This document shows, piece by piece, positions 1-11,973 of a DNA stretch of 64,000 nucleotides (the first letter of the stretch is position 1; the number at the start of each line of letters is the position of its first letter). The stretch covers positions 126,234,001 to 126,298,000 of the forward strand of contig CM059431.1 of NCBI GenBank assembly GCA_030390025.1, written 5' to 3'. The notes under the pieces are model-generated. The model saw nothing but the letters and a program-made list of their open reading frames with translations. It was not told the DNA's origin and did not search any database. Both the position numbers and the translations under genes were made by a program. Source of the stretch: Squalus acanthias (lineage: Eukaryota).

Positions 1-147
1 TGTAGAGGAGACCGCATCGTGAGCAGCGAATATAGTATATTAAATTGCAAGAAGTACAAGTAAATCGCTACTTCACCTGGAAGGGGTGTTTGGAGCCCTG
101 GACAGTGGGAAGGGAGGAGGTACAAGGGCAGGTGTTGCATCTCCTGC
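1..147 (-). mobile_element. Penelope-like element fragment (GIY-YIG endonuclease region), degraded
   Basis: Reverse complement translates to RRCNTCPCTSSLPTVQGSKHPFQVK*RFTCTSCNLIYYIRCSRCGLLY, matching the Cys-rich linker and start of the PLE GIY-YIG domain (compare NVVYLIRCRKEC..WYIGET in 21837-23207). Confidence 0.8.
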
Positions 148-169
148 CTCCCTTCCCATTGATAAAGCT

Positions 170-715
170 GGGTATCATTAGCATAAATATAAAACCTGAC
201 CCATCTTATGGATAGTGTTGCCGTGGGGCAGCATTTGGATGAAAAATAGGAAGGAACCAATCATAGAACCTTGGGCATATTAGCAGTAATCATGCGGGCA
301 CAGGAGGAGGAACCATTGCAAGAGATGGTCTAGCGCTAGTGGGACATGTGGGAATGGAACCAGGTGAGGAGAGCATTATGGAGGTGGACCACAAAGTATT
401 GATGCTGAAGGTGGATGGTATGATCGACCTTGTTGAATGCACAATCAGGTCCAGGAGGACAAGGAGGGACAATTGACAATAGTCACACAGAATGTTGCTG
501 ACTTTGACCAGGGAAATCTCAGTGCTCTGGCAGGATGGAAAACAGACTGAAGGGATTTGAACCGGGAGCAGTTGGAGAGGTGAACATAGAGTTGGGTGGT
601 GCTGAACACATTACGGAGTGTTAAAAAAGAAGGGAAGGTTGGGGATGGGGTGGTAATTGGAGAGAGGTTGACAGTAAGTTTGTTAAGGACTGGGGTAACT
701 ACAGCAGTTTTGAAG
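170..715 (-). mobile_element. Degraded L2-type LINE reverse transcriptase fragment
   Basis: ORF 290..472 begins SLLVLLDL (L2 'SLLVLLDLSAAFDTVDH' motif); downstream minus-strand PQGS.IGSFLFFI resembles VPQGSVLGP; frameshifted. Boundaries approximate. Confidence 0.6.
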
Positions 716-1899
716 AAAGATCACATAAGAGACATGGACCTATGATTGAGTCACCTAATTTCATTTATAAATGTTATTAACATTTTGTTAATACAGATTG
801 TCTTATAATATGGTCAGCCAAATCATCTGTACAATGGATTGTACAGATTATCAATTGTAATTTTGATCTGATCCAATATGGGAATGAAATAAACTTAAAA
901 TTGTTGTTACCTGTATTTTCTCCATTGTCTTCTCTCTGATAGAATCAAGGGAAAACAAATTCAATTTGATCCGAACGTAATTGCCCCTCTTAGACTCCAA
1001 TGTGCCTTCTGTAACTTTAGGGTCTGCCTTAGATATTCTCTCGGGTACAGAGCTGCTGGGAATTCCTGTAAATGTTCCATTTGGAGCTATGCGCGTGCTG
1101 TCCAATATCAAATTACACAACAATGTAACTCAGGGGTATAGTAATAGAAACGCATAATGAACTGAAGTGGTGTTGTGTTTTTCACATCCACCCTAATGTG
1201 GGTTTCTCCAATCTTTGGGAAGATGAACTGAGAAACATCAGTTAAGATGAGACCATATATGAATCATTAAGCTGCTTTATTTCACAGACACCAAGTAAAT
1301 ATACAGAGGTACAATGAAAGCAATTTCCATTTACTCAATCTCACTCCTCTCCTTGAAAACATGGGAAAAGATAATAAGCCACACATTCTGTCGCTTTCAT
1401 GGGCTCACTTATTTTTGAAATTACCTTGCTTTCAGACTACTTCTAATTGCCAGAAATGATCTTCTGCATGTTTAGCTTCCAGCTCCAGGCCAAAGTCTGC
1501 AACTCACAATCCTCTGTTGAAAAACTGACTACTCACGTGTTCCTTTGTTCCTTTTCTCCAATAATTAGAGGGGTGGTGTTTAATACCTTACCATGCGGGG
1601 GTCACCAGCAGGCCTATCAACCAAATAAACTACCCTCTGTCCCAAGCGTACATCATCCGCAGACACCTCATGTTGTGTTTATGTGAATAAAATCATCCTC
1701 ATAACAATGGGTGTTTGACCATCTGAGTCTAGACAACAAATTGCTTAATAACCCTTCGTCATCTTGGCTACTGGGCCTGGAATGAGTAAATAGATCCTTA
1801 TCTATTAGTTTGTAAAAGGCTGTAAATTGTGATGCCGCAAAACTAGCTCATCTGGCTTTAATGCACATTCTCTAATGCTGGCAGACATTGGACTTTCAT

Positions 1900-2065
1900 A
1901 GACACTACCAGAGGATGAGCTTAAAAAGAATATTAATACAGTTGGAATAGAAAGGGAGAAAATAATTGACAAACTAGCAAAACTAAAAGAGGATAAGATC
2001 CCAGGTCCAGATGGTATGCACCCATGCATAGTCAAGGAAACTAGGGAGGAGATAGCAGAAGCACT

Positions 2066-2116
<51 letters not shown>

Positions 2117-3060
2117 AGAAGTACCATAGAAGAGGAGATAGTGCCAGATGACTGGTGGACAGCTAAAGTTGTTCCAATATAGAAAAATGGAGTTAGAACA
2201 AAACCTGGGAACTATAAACCAGTCTGCTTAATGTCAGTGCTAGGAAAGATACAGGAATCTATACTAAAAGAAGTGATAGATGAGCACCTACAGACAGAAA
2301 ATATAAGAAAAAATAATCAGTATGGATTCCAAAAGGCTTAACTAACCTGATAGAATTATTTGAGGTAACAGAAAGAGTAGACAAGGGTAATATAGTAGAT
2401 GTCATATACTTGGAATTTTAAAAGACCTTCGATAAGGTACCACACTATAGGCAAAGGTTAGGGCATGTGGAGTCAGGGGATAAATAGTTGAATGGATAGC
2501 AAATTGGCTAAATCAATAGAAAGCAGAGAATAGGGGTAAAGAGTAGTTATTCAGATTGGAGGAAGGTCGAAAGCAGTGTTCCACAAGGATGAGTGCTGGG
2601 ACCACAGTTATTCATAATTTACATTAATGATTTGGACCCAGAAACAAGTAAATCAATATCAAAATTTGCAGATGATACCAATCTCAGGGGGCATAGCTAA
2701 CACTGAGGAAGAGTTCAACTTAATACAAAAAGACATTAGAAAACTTGCAGACTGAGCAGTCAGTGGCAAATTAACTTTAAAATAGATAAATGTGACGTGA
2801 TGCACTTTGGTAGGAAAAATAGAAAAATCACCTACACCTCAAAAAATAAAGAACTGAATGGGATAGAAGAGCAAAGGTATCCAGGAATACAGGTGAGCAA
2901 ATCATTAAAAGCAGCACTGAAGGTTACCAAAGCAATTAAAAATGCTAACAAAGCACGGGGCTTTATTTCTAGGGGTATAGAATTCAAAAGTAGTGAAGTT
3001 ATCTTAAACTTGTATAGGAGCCTGGTCAGGTCACACTTAGAGAACTGTGCACTGTTCTGG
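1900..3060 (+). mobile_element. CR1 LINE RT fragment, 5' part of a copy that continues at 6979-7010 and 9475-9955
   Basis: PGPDGMHP, FDKVPH, FADDT motifs; ORF 2797 MHFGRKN...LYRSLVRSHLENCALFW. The CR1 sequence ttctgg|tctccatac is split at 3060/6982. Confidence 0.85.
2070..2112. repeat. (TA)n microsatellite
   Basis: Uninterrupted TA run inside the CR1 fragment. Confidence 0.95.
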
Positions 3061-3399
3061 AAGGCCAAATTCGGTAGCCCCCAAAAATGGGCACGGGGAT
3101 CACGTTGCGCGATTAACCTGTGCCCGTTGGTTCCGATGCAGGCAGCATGCAAACTTCATGCTGCCTGCTAATTTAAATGATTGCAGCGTGCAGCCCAGCA
3201 CTAAACGCACTGTTATTTGGCTGCACACCTCAGCAGGGGGCCCAAGTTTGCGCAAGGCTGGCACCACTTAAAGCTAGCCTGCACTACTTAAAGCCAGCTT
3301 GCACCTCTTAAAGAGGAGGTGCATTCTGGCTGTAGCAGGTGCTAGATATGGCTGTGGAAGAGAGTCTGACCTGCAAGAAGAGTGATTAATGGTGCAACA

Positions 3400-5240
3400 T
3401 GGGAGAGAGCGTGCTCCAAGGTTCTCAGATGCTGTACTGGATGCCTTGGTGGAGGAGGTGGAGAGGAGGAGAGAGGTCCTCTATCCACAGGGGGCCAGGA
3501 GGCCCTCCAGACAAACACAGCGAAGGCAATAGGAGCAGCTAGCCATGGCAGTCAATGCCAGAAGTCAAGCTCCGAGGACCTAGATGCAGTGCCGCAAGAA
3601 GTTCAATGACCTCACACGAGTAGTTAAGGTCAGTGAATGCATCTTCAAATGCCATATCCCACCAACTGCACAATGAGCCTTACATGCTGCTCAATGCACC
3701 ACACCCCCATCAATCACCTACCAACAATCTCTATTGAACAGGACTCATACCTCACATTCATAGCTTCACCTCACCCTTACACACATACCACTTTTGCAAG
3801 CCTCACACCCACATCTCACAGCTTGCACACACTGCCAGCTATTCAACCATGACAGACACATCCTTCAAACACATTGTACCACACTCTCTAAAATATTTCC
3901 CACTCTCTTGCAGGACAAGTTGGCGCATAACTGAAGGCAGCAGGAGCTACCTGGCGGGAAAGAGGTACACCTGTATCACCTTACCACAATGGAGGAGACA
4001 GTGGTCGCCATCAGTGGAGCAACCATCGCTGAGCCTGTGGCCAGCAGTGGGGCTGAAACAATCGAAGATGAAGATGTCCTCATACCTAATCCTCCTTCTC
4101 ACATCCCACTTCCCCCTCACCCCACAATGTGTTCTTTGATTTAAAAGCTGCAGATGGTGTAAGCATGCAACTCTTACTTTCCCCCTCCCCGCATTGCAAC
4201 CCTACCCTTGTGCCTTTCTCCTTTCAGATACTCAAGAACTGCAACTGGTAAGGCAGTAGTGGAAGAACAACAGGTGGAAGCGGAAGAAGGCAGTAATGAT
4301 GAAGACACAGCACCTGCCATCAGCTCAGATACTGACACACCACGCAATTGAAAGGATAGCTTACACGCGGGAGCTACATGTGGTGCGACACCGGACGCGA
4401 GTGCCCCACAGTTATGGCAGGGGACAAGGATAGCACAAGTGCCAGCTCGCCGGAGGGTGAGGTTGCACACGGGTTCCACTACAGATGACTCAGAGGAGCA
4501 CTTCGATGGGGAGGGCTACAGAAGAAGGCTGATGGGTATGCACAATGAAATGCTTGGTGCATTGGCAGGCCTGCCAGAAAACCTGCGTGCAATGTCAAGG
4601 AGCACGGAGGTGTCCGGCACCAACTTGGCACATGGCTTTGTGCAGAGCTTGGAGCCCATTCTTTCCAGCGTAAAAGTGGTGGCCAACTCCATTAGCACCC
4701 TTGCGGTCCCAACAATGATACAGCATCTGACGAGCAGTGTCTCAGCTTCCATTGCAGCACAAGCAGAAGCCACCCAACGTCTGGGTGCTGCAGTGAAAGC
4801 TTAGACTTCTGTCAGCAAGCTCAGCTTGCTGCCATCGTGGCTGCGGTTACAAGTGTTCAAAGGGGCTTGTATGGCGTCACAGCAGTCCAGCTATCTGACC
4901 TCCAACAGATTACTAGGATTGATGAGGCGCCGCCCCAGGGGAGTAGTAGTGACTCCGTGGAGCATGAATCTGGTGTCCTCACTCAGGATGACAGCATTTG
5001 AACTCTCACCATTGCCACTCCGCCAGTGACTTTGCTGTTGCCTGCCAGCCATTCAGCCGTGATGGTGTAGTCCAAAGCCGAGCCTCTCGGCCCAGAGCTG
5101 CTCAAGGTCATCCTCCAAGGCCATCTGCAGTCTCCCCCACTGAAAGTCAGCAGCTTTCCACCAGCCATGCTGCAACATAGGAGCACTAGGACAGGCAAAG
5201 GCACACGGAAGACAGGCACTAAGGGAATGCACAAGGGTGA
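3400..5240 (+). pseudogene. Harbinger Myb/SANT-like DNA-binding protein (MSANTD/NAIF1-like), intron-containing, with stops
   Basis: A frame not listed in the ORF track reads RERAPRFSDAVLDALVEEVERRREVLYP...AVNARSQAPRT*MQCRKKFNDLTRVVK, then donor gtcagt (~3629); acceptors ctcttgcag (3913) and ctcctttcag (4227); helical/low-complexity C-terminal exon (ORF 4439..4804). Confidence 0.8.
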
Positions 5241-5399
5241 ATAGTTTGTATGCAATATGGCATGGTTTGATTTATAAATTTGGTTTGGAATGTTTATTTT
5301 GCATTGGATGTTATTTTTCTATCGTGGCCAAGCAGACACTGTGATGGTCAATAACAGAGGGAAGGTAAGATGTGGGAGTGTTGGTGAATGCGGAATTGG

Positions 5400-6525
5400 G
5401 TTTACTGACATCGCAGCCAGATGAGTCAGTCAATGACAGCCCGGCCAGTAAGGGGTTGTCTGGGTTGCTTCCTCCCTTCCTCCTCCTCTTGCTCCTTCTC
5501 CTGCTCCTCATCCTGAGCTGGTCGTGGTATAGCTGGTGGCAAGGGCTGTGCGCTCATGATGACGAGGTTGTGCAGCATGCAGCAGACCACCAAACATCTC
5601 AACACACTATCTGCCGAGTACTGCAGGGTTCCTCCAGAGCGGTCTAGGCAGTTGAAGCATTGCTTCAGCATGCCAATGGTCTGCTAAATGATATTTTGTG
5701 TGACAGCATGGTTTTGATTGTATGAATACTGCCCACGAGTGTCCACGTGTCATGAACCATGTTGTTAATGGATAGCCCTTGTCACCCAGTAGCCACCCTC
5801 TGGTTTGTCGTGGTGGCTCAAATGCAGATGGCACAGCGGACAGCTGCCGAATGAAGGCATCATGACTCCTGCCAGGAAATGAGGCATTCACCTGCATGAT
5901 TCGCTGAGTATGGTTGCACACCAGCTGGACATTGAGGGAGTGGAATTCCTTTGGGTTGCGGTACATCTCAGATTTTACATGCGGCACCTGCAAAGCAACG
6001 TGCATGCAGTCAATGGTGCCCTGTACCATGGGGAAGCTTGCAATCCCTGCGAAGCCACATGCTCGCTCCACCTGTAGCTCTCTGGCCAGAGACAATGAAA
6101 TGTATTCAGCTCTCTTGGAATGCAGAGCCTCAGTTACCTCCCTTATGTAACAGTGCACGACAAACTGGGAGATGTTGCAACTATCTCCTGCTCCAGCCTG
6201 GAAGGAGCCGACACGTAAACGTTCATGGCCATGATCACCTTCACAGCCACTGACAATGCAGTCCTCACCCTGCTCTGAGGTTGCAGTTGTGGCTGCATCA
6301 GATGGCAGGTTTCAGTGAGGACATCCTTGATGAAGTGCAGACATCTGATACACTGTTCCTCGCTCAGGTTCAGGTAGGAGTATTGCTCCCTGAGCATCCT
6401 GGACGGATACGGCCTCCTGCTGAGAGCCCTTCTCCCCCTTCTCCGTCTTCCAGAAGCTTGTCCTGCTCTGTGTCACCTCTGCTCATTCACCCTGTCATGC
6501 TATATGTCTACTACTGCACCCATGT
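5400..6525 (-). pseudogene. Harbinger (HARBI1-like, DDE_Tnp_4) transposase, frameshifted
   Basis: ORFs 6143..6397, 5607..6158 and 5426..5671 give LSVAVKV, VQGTIDCMHVAL, FHSLNVQLVC, FPGRSHDAFI, WLLGDKGYPL, LKQCFNCLDRSGGTLQYS, CCMLHNL and an acidic tail. Confidence 0.92.
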
Positions 6526-7106
6526 CTGAGAGCAAGTGGTCTGTGCAGAATCCTTGAAGTCAGGACAAAGTCCTTAATTACCTGCCACTCCCTGTAGACT
6601 TTAGTAACTTTAAATAACTCTGGAAACCACCAAACACTTTTACAAACACAGCAAGAGCCAGTAGAAACCAATCAGCAATTAACTTATAAGTAGGTGATGT
6701 TCCCTATAAATATCGCTGGTAGGGGGTCCTTCCTGCTGCTGAACACATGTTCAGCTGTGCAAGCTTAAGAGATGGTGTTAGCTGGAGTGTTGAGCTCCAA
6801 AATGGCAGCGCTGGTGTCAAATCAGTGTTACACACTGATTAATATCACAACTGCCTACTCTGCATACGTCCAGCGCATGCTCCCTGCGCCCACGCAGATG
6901 GTGTCTGGCATAGCTCGCACCAGACGTGCATTTGTAGGGCTAAAAAACCGGGTGCTATGAAGCCAAATTTTGTGGCCCTGGTCTCCATACTATAAAAAGT
7001 ACATAGGAGCTGTAAAGTTTCGCAATTATCGCGATTCGAAATAACGAGATAGAAGCAGATTCGTTTGATCAGTTTATTTAAACGAAATGCTGTCATGATT
7101 AAACAG

Positions 7107-7874
7107 TGGTCATGATGCGGAGATGCCGGTGTTGGACTGGGGTGGACAAAATTGAGAGGTCGCACAACACCAGGTTATAGTCCAACAGTTTTATTTGAAA
7201 TCACAAGCTTTCGGAACTATCGCTCCTTCCTCAGGTGAAGTAAATTGGATACAGAATCGTCAGAGCATATATAGATGGAAAAAAAAGCATGTGTACTTTA
7301 CAATTGCAGACCAATAAATTAAATCATCCTGACTATCTGCCGAGGTGTGATAAAGTTAATTAAGTCAGCCAGGAAGGTACCACATCAAAAGACATAGCAA
7401 GATACAACTGAGACAATGAGGTGAAGTCGCAGGGGTTCTAACGTGTCAAAAGCTGCCGTCTGTATGTAAAACGAAAAGCTTTAAAAAAAAATTTACTTTT
7501 TTACTGGGAAAATTTTCCCAGTAAAAAAGTAAATTTTTTTTTAAAGCTTTTCGTTTTACATACAGACGGCAGCTTTTGACACGTTAGAACCCCTGCGACT
7601 TCACCTCATTGTCTCAGTTGTATCTTGCTATGTCTTTTGATGTGGTACCTTCCTGGCTGACTTAATTAACTTTATCACACCTCGGCAGATAGTCAGGATG
7701 ATTTAATTTATTGGTCTGCAATTGTAAAGTACACATGCTTTTTTTTCCATCTATATATGCTCTGACGATTCTGTATCCAATTTACTTCACCTGAGGAAGG
7801 AGCGATAGTTCCGAAAGCTTGTGATTTCAAATAAAACTGTTGGACTATAACCTGGTGTTGTGCGACCTCTCAAT
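7107..7874. mobile_element. Penelope terminal-repeat (pLTR) insertion forming a perfect palindrome 7151-7874
   Basis: 12-bp TSD ATGATTAAACAG (7095-7106, 7873-7884); absent from LTR copy 2 (~13355); the arm matches the Penelope 3' end at ~21415-21776. Confidence 0.9.
7787..7824 (+). ncRNA. Minimal type I hammerhead ribozyme motif (PLE type); mirror copy on - strand at 7201-7238
   Basis: TCAC-CTGAGGA-A-GGAGC(GATA)GTTCC-GAAA-GCTT-GTGA: CUGAnGA and GAAA core boxes, 5-bp stem II, TCAC/GTGA stem I, palindromic AAGCTT in place of stem III. Confidence 0.75.
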
Positions 7875-9474
7875 GATTAAACAGGACACAGAAGCCTGTA
7901 AAATGGCCGCCGCGCATCGTGGCAGAAGTTTCCAGAAGCACAGTGGGCAGACAAGATGGCGTTCGAATAAACATTTTCGATAAGCACTGATAAAGACAGG
8001 ATGCAACCTGTTTGCATTTGTGACAATAGCAAAAGATATAAGTGCTGGAATCATTTTCCATGCACAAATAAGGACCATTGTACTGGGCAATCGAAGGCCC
8101 ATCAAGACACATCAATACGCAAATACCCCCACGGCTCTACAATGAGAGAGCCATTCTCGGGTGATTAAACAAGTATTCGGGGGCCCCCAAAACCCAGCCA
8201 GGCAGGCTCCGAGCCGGTTCGACAATGGGGAAAACATTAACGGGTAGCTGGCCAGTCTCAGGTGCTACCGAAACCCGTTAAAGACAAGAATCACCCCATG
8301 CTGGGAGTTTTGAGCGCCAATATTTCACAAAGGACAAACATTAAGATTTGAGCAGGAGATAAGGGAACACAGCACTATAACTATAGTGAACAAATGTCCA
8401 TCGGTCTCTTATTCCCTTGATTCGGCTCTTATCTCTCCTATCCTTATCCTCGGGTATCGCTCTGCTGGACGAGCAGCCTTCTGTGTTTCTCTGGACTCTG
8501 TCGACTAATGTTGGGTGGAGCTCAATCGGGACGAGCCACCTCGACGGAGGGTGCGTAACCGGGTGCACCATCCCGAGTGTCGGTAAACGGTGTTCTGGAC
8601 CCGAAGGCCCGACAAGACAAGACAAGATGAGAGGAGAAGAAGAAGAGTCCACATGCCGCCGCGGTCAGTAAACCCCGACCGCGCCCGAAAATATATAGAC
8701 CATTTTTGAACTCTATAGGTTGCTGCACGAACCAGTGAAAGACTCTTCTTCGAATTCTATCGACAACCGGTGTCGATACAAGAAGACTCTTCTTTGAATT
8801 CTACCGGTAACTGGTGTCGGTCCAGGAAGACTTTTCTTTGAGTTCTACAGCCGGGCCCGAGCACTGTCGAGTTCTTCATGACAACGGGGAGCCCAGCCTG
8901 CTTGCAGCAGCAGCGAAAGTAAACAAGTGGGGTACAGAGACCCCTCAAAACACGTGACAGTCAGGCGCTGCAGCGAAACGAGCCGAGTGCCTCACTTTAA
9001 AATTCTCCGAAGAATCACGAGTGGTGAGCATGTTTCCCGATCCTACAAATCTAGATGTAGTGTAGGTATTGATAGGGGAGGGTGGTTTTATTAAGGATAA
9101 AGTATAATGTGTTCCCCTTTTTACGATGTGCCATGCGTTCTTCATTACCATAGACCAAGCTTTATGAATGTATGTATACTTGTACTATCGTTAATTTGTG
9201 CCTATGACATGTACTTCATGATTTTGGACGCTATGCAATAAAGATTTCCATTTTGTACTATTCAACCAGGTCTATTTGAGTTTTTCTCTGCATTACTGCT
9301 CTCGCACCTAAGTCCAGTGTTAGAACCGTAAGGGCGAGTGGGTCGAACCACTCACAGGTGCTTATTGCAACAAGGCTGGCCGGAGACCAGAGCAAGCAAT
9401 AGTATTAGGCAACGAAGGCCTAACCCCGCATCAGCACCGTCTGCGATACAAGCATGACACGAGAACCCCTTACA

Positions 9475-9955
9475 GAGCACTGGAGCTAAAATGATTTACA
9501 AGGATCGTAACAGAACTGAGAAATTACAGCTATCGGGAAAGATTGAACAGGTTGGAGCTTTTTTCTTTAGAAAAGAGGAAACTTAGAGGTGACCTGATAG
9601 AGGTCATTAAAATTATGAACTGGTTGGACAGGGTAGATGTGGATAGAATTTTTCCGCTAGGGTCCATAAATACAAGATAGTTAATAATAAATCCAATAGT
9701 GAAATAGGAGAAATTTCTTTACTCAGAGAGTGGTTAGAATGTGGAACTCACTACCACAATAAGTGATTGAGGCAAATAGCTTAGATGCTTTCAACAGTAA
9801 ACTAGATAATTACATGAGATAAAAAGGAATCAAAAGATATATTGAAAGGCTAAGATGAGGTAGATAGAATGGAAGACTCGTGTGGAGTATAAACACCAGC
9901 ACAGACTAGTTGGGCCGAATGGCCTGTTTCAGTGTTGTATATTCTATGTAATTTT
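9475..9955 (+). mobile_element. CR1 LINE 3' end (continuation of 1900-3060)
   Basis: LRGDLIEV and RNFFTQRVVRMWNSLP coding remnants; 3' UTR gggccgaatggcctgtttc; attctatgta tail. Confidence 0.85.
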
Positions 9956-11973
9956 AAACCTGTGGAAATTCACTTTGTTTTTCAGCACAACTTTTAAATG
10001 TAATTCAAATCCAAAAATCCTTTCTGTGAAACAGAAGATCCAAACTCAATAAATGTGACAGTGCGCGATTATGTTTTTTTAATGATTTCATCCTTTTCTT
10101 TCCATCACAGGTCCTGTTTTCCACCATCATTTAACTGCAACAGTAGTCAAAACTGATAATAGAACTGGAACATAAGCAATACTGTCAGTTATTCCTGTTC
10201 TTCACTATACATTGTACTCTGCCCTCAAAAAGAAGTGAAATTCATAACAATTTTTAAAGAACCTGTTCTTGCTTGTTGAGGCCGAATAAAGTTGTGTCAG
10301 AGAAAGAGACAGCAGTTTTCCTCCTAAGGAAATTAAAATGGTCCTCTAGGAATTAGATCCCTCCTCTCTCTTGACCCAGAGTTGATTCAGTGATGGAGCA
10401 ACTAACCTTTTTGCACAGTATCTGTTCTAGGTGGATTTTGTTGCTGTTGCTACATTCACTGCTTTAGTGCTAGTGATGGCAGGTGAAGGATGGGAGTGTG
10501 CAGGTTCCAGCAGAAAATTAAGCTGCCAGCTCATCACCTACCCTTGGAGCTCTTAAACATGTTATTGTATTGGGCTTATTGGCAATTTTGGCAGCTTAGC
10601 AGAGCTCCTTCCATGGACGCTTTAAACAGATGTGCTGCTCAGTTGTATATTTCATTCTCCGTCATGGGAAATTGAAAATCTCAAAGCCAAGATGTTTAAA
10701 TAACTCATTACAGTACAAAGTAGTCCATAACTAATCAAGAAATTAATTTAATATAAGACCGAATTCGCTAATCCTGCACGCCAAGCAGGAAGCCGTGCTC
10801 GAAGGCAGCAGGGAGTTGGAGAATTGACGTTAGCGTTGTAGTCCTATCTCCAGCCCAAGCTTTCTTGGAAGACAGCTCCCTGCTGGGACCAATGGATCAG
10901 TGGATTTATTCTATAATGTTAAATACAAACAACACAAGCAGACGATGCATACAATTCTTAAAAGATGAATTGTAATTTAATTTTTCTTTCTAATTTCAAA
11001 ACTCAGAGGCTGATTACACACATAAGAGGAAATACTTTGGTTCACAGATGTCACAGATCTATATATTTGTATTTCAGAATATGGAAATGGTCCTGTCAGT
11101 GAATCAGACTGTACAGATTTGTTGCTCTTCTTAACTTCTTATAGCTTTCTGCCTTGTGGAGCTGGATTAAGGTCTTTGGCTGTTCCTCAGCTGTTAAGTC
11201 GCTGTTAAGCCACTTGAGAGGAGCAAAATAAGCTTTACTGAAGGCCTGATTGACCAGATTTATGTTGGTAAGGCTAGTGAAATCCTGTTAAATAAACTCA
11301 CTGGCCTAAATCTTCCACTGGAATTATTGCGAATTGGAGTGAGAAATACTTCAGGAACGTCTCTTTGGCTCCCCACCCGCTCCTGCTAATTTCAGAAGTG
11401 TTGTTGGCCATACAATACATCCCCTCTAATATGGCTGGGAGTATAGTTATATCACTTGATATATTTCCTGTTATTAGTGCCCTAGAAATGCTGCATTCCA
11501 GTGTCCTTGGTTACTATCGTGGCTGGGTAAGAGTGGAACATTAATGGGTCACTTAGTCCACTGTATAGGCTATGGCACTTTATTTTAGAAAAAATACTGT
11601 CTGTGCCCAGGCCAAGGCTGATCACTAACCACACCACAGGAGGTGCCCAGGATCTGCTCCAGCCATACCTGGCACACTCCCAGGAGAGCACCTGGGCAGA
11701 GACCAGAAAAGACCACCCAAAATATGCCAAATAGCCTGACACTGTATTATTGGCAAGGCTCAAGTGTGGAAGCTGGTGGCCAAGGCAAAAAATGTGCCCC
11801 ACTGGGATTTATCTGAAGTGACAAATCCAAGCTCCCCCAGTGGAAAAGAGAAATAATTAACATTTCTATTAGTTTTCATTAAAGTAATAATAATAACATC
11901 AGATTAAATTAACACCCTGATTTCTTAAAGTGAACAACATCTTCCCTAGAATTTGAACTTGAAACAGATTAAT

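Larger units (their letters stand above)
3061..6978. mobile_element. PIF/Harbinger DNA transposon, near full length, inactivated; convergent Myb/SANT and transposase genes
   Basis: Interrupts a CR1 with (C)TGG on both sides (3057-3060, 6978-6981); degenerate termini aaggccaaattc / aattttgtggccc; contains both Harbinger ORFs. Confidence 0.88.
7011..9474 (+). mobile_element. Long solo LTR, copy 1 (~1.69 kb excluding the Penelope insertion)
   Basis: Termini TGTAA...TTACA; 4-bp TSD GAGC (7007-7010, 9475-9478); CR1 continues on both sides; AATAAA at ~9237; homologous to 13270-14927. Confidence 0.85.

Noticed and set aside
5400..6525. Domesticated host gene HARBI1 (and NAIF1 at 3400-5240)
   Set aside because: Frameshifts and stops, paired ORFs inside a TSD-flanked insertion, and several related copies indicate a transposon.
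8417..8671. Signal-peptide-like ORF (MIRLLSLLSLSSGIALL...) as a viral accessory gene in the LTR
   Set aside because: Its N-terminus is not conserved in LTR copy 2 and there is no recognisable domain.
8690..8850. CRISPR-like repeat-spacer array
   Set aside because: Degenerate tandem units without unique spacers, eukaryotic context, no cas genes.
10100..11272. Plus-strand exons after acceptor-like sites at ~10110 and ~11077
   Set aside because: The frames I translated hit stops and resemble no known protein; not supportable without RNA data.
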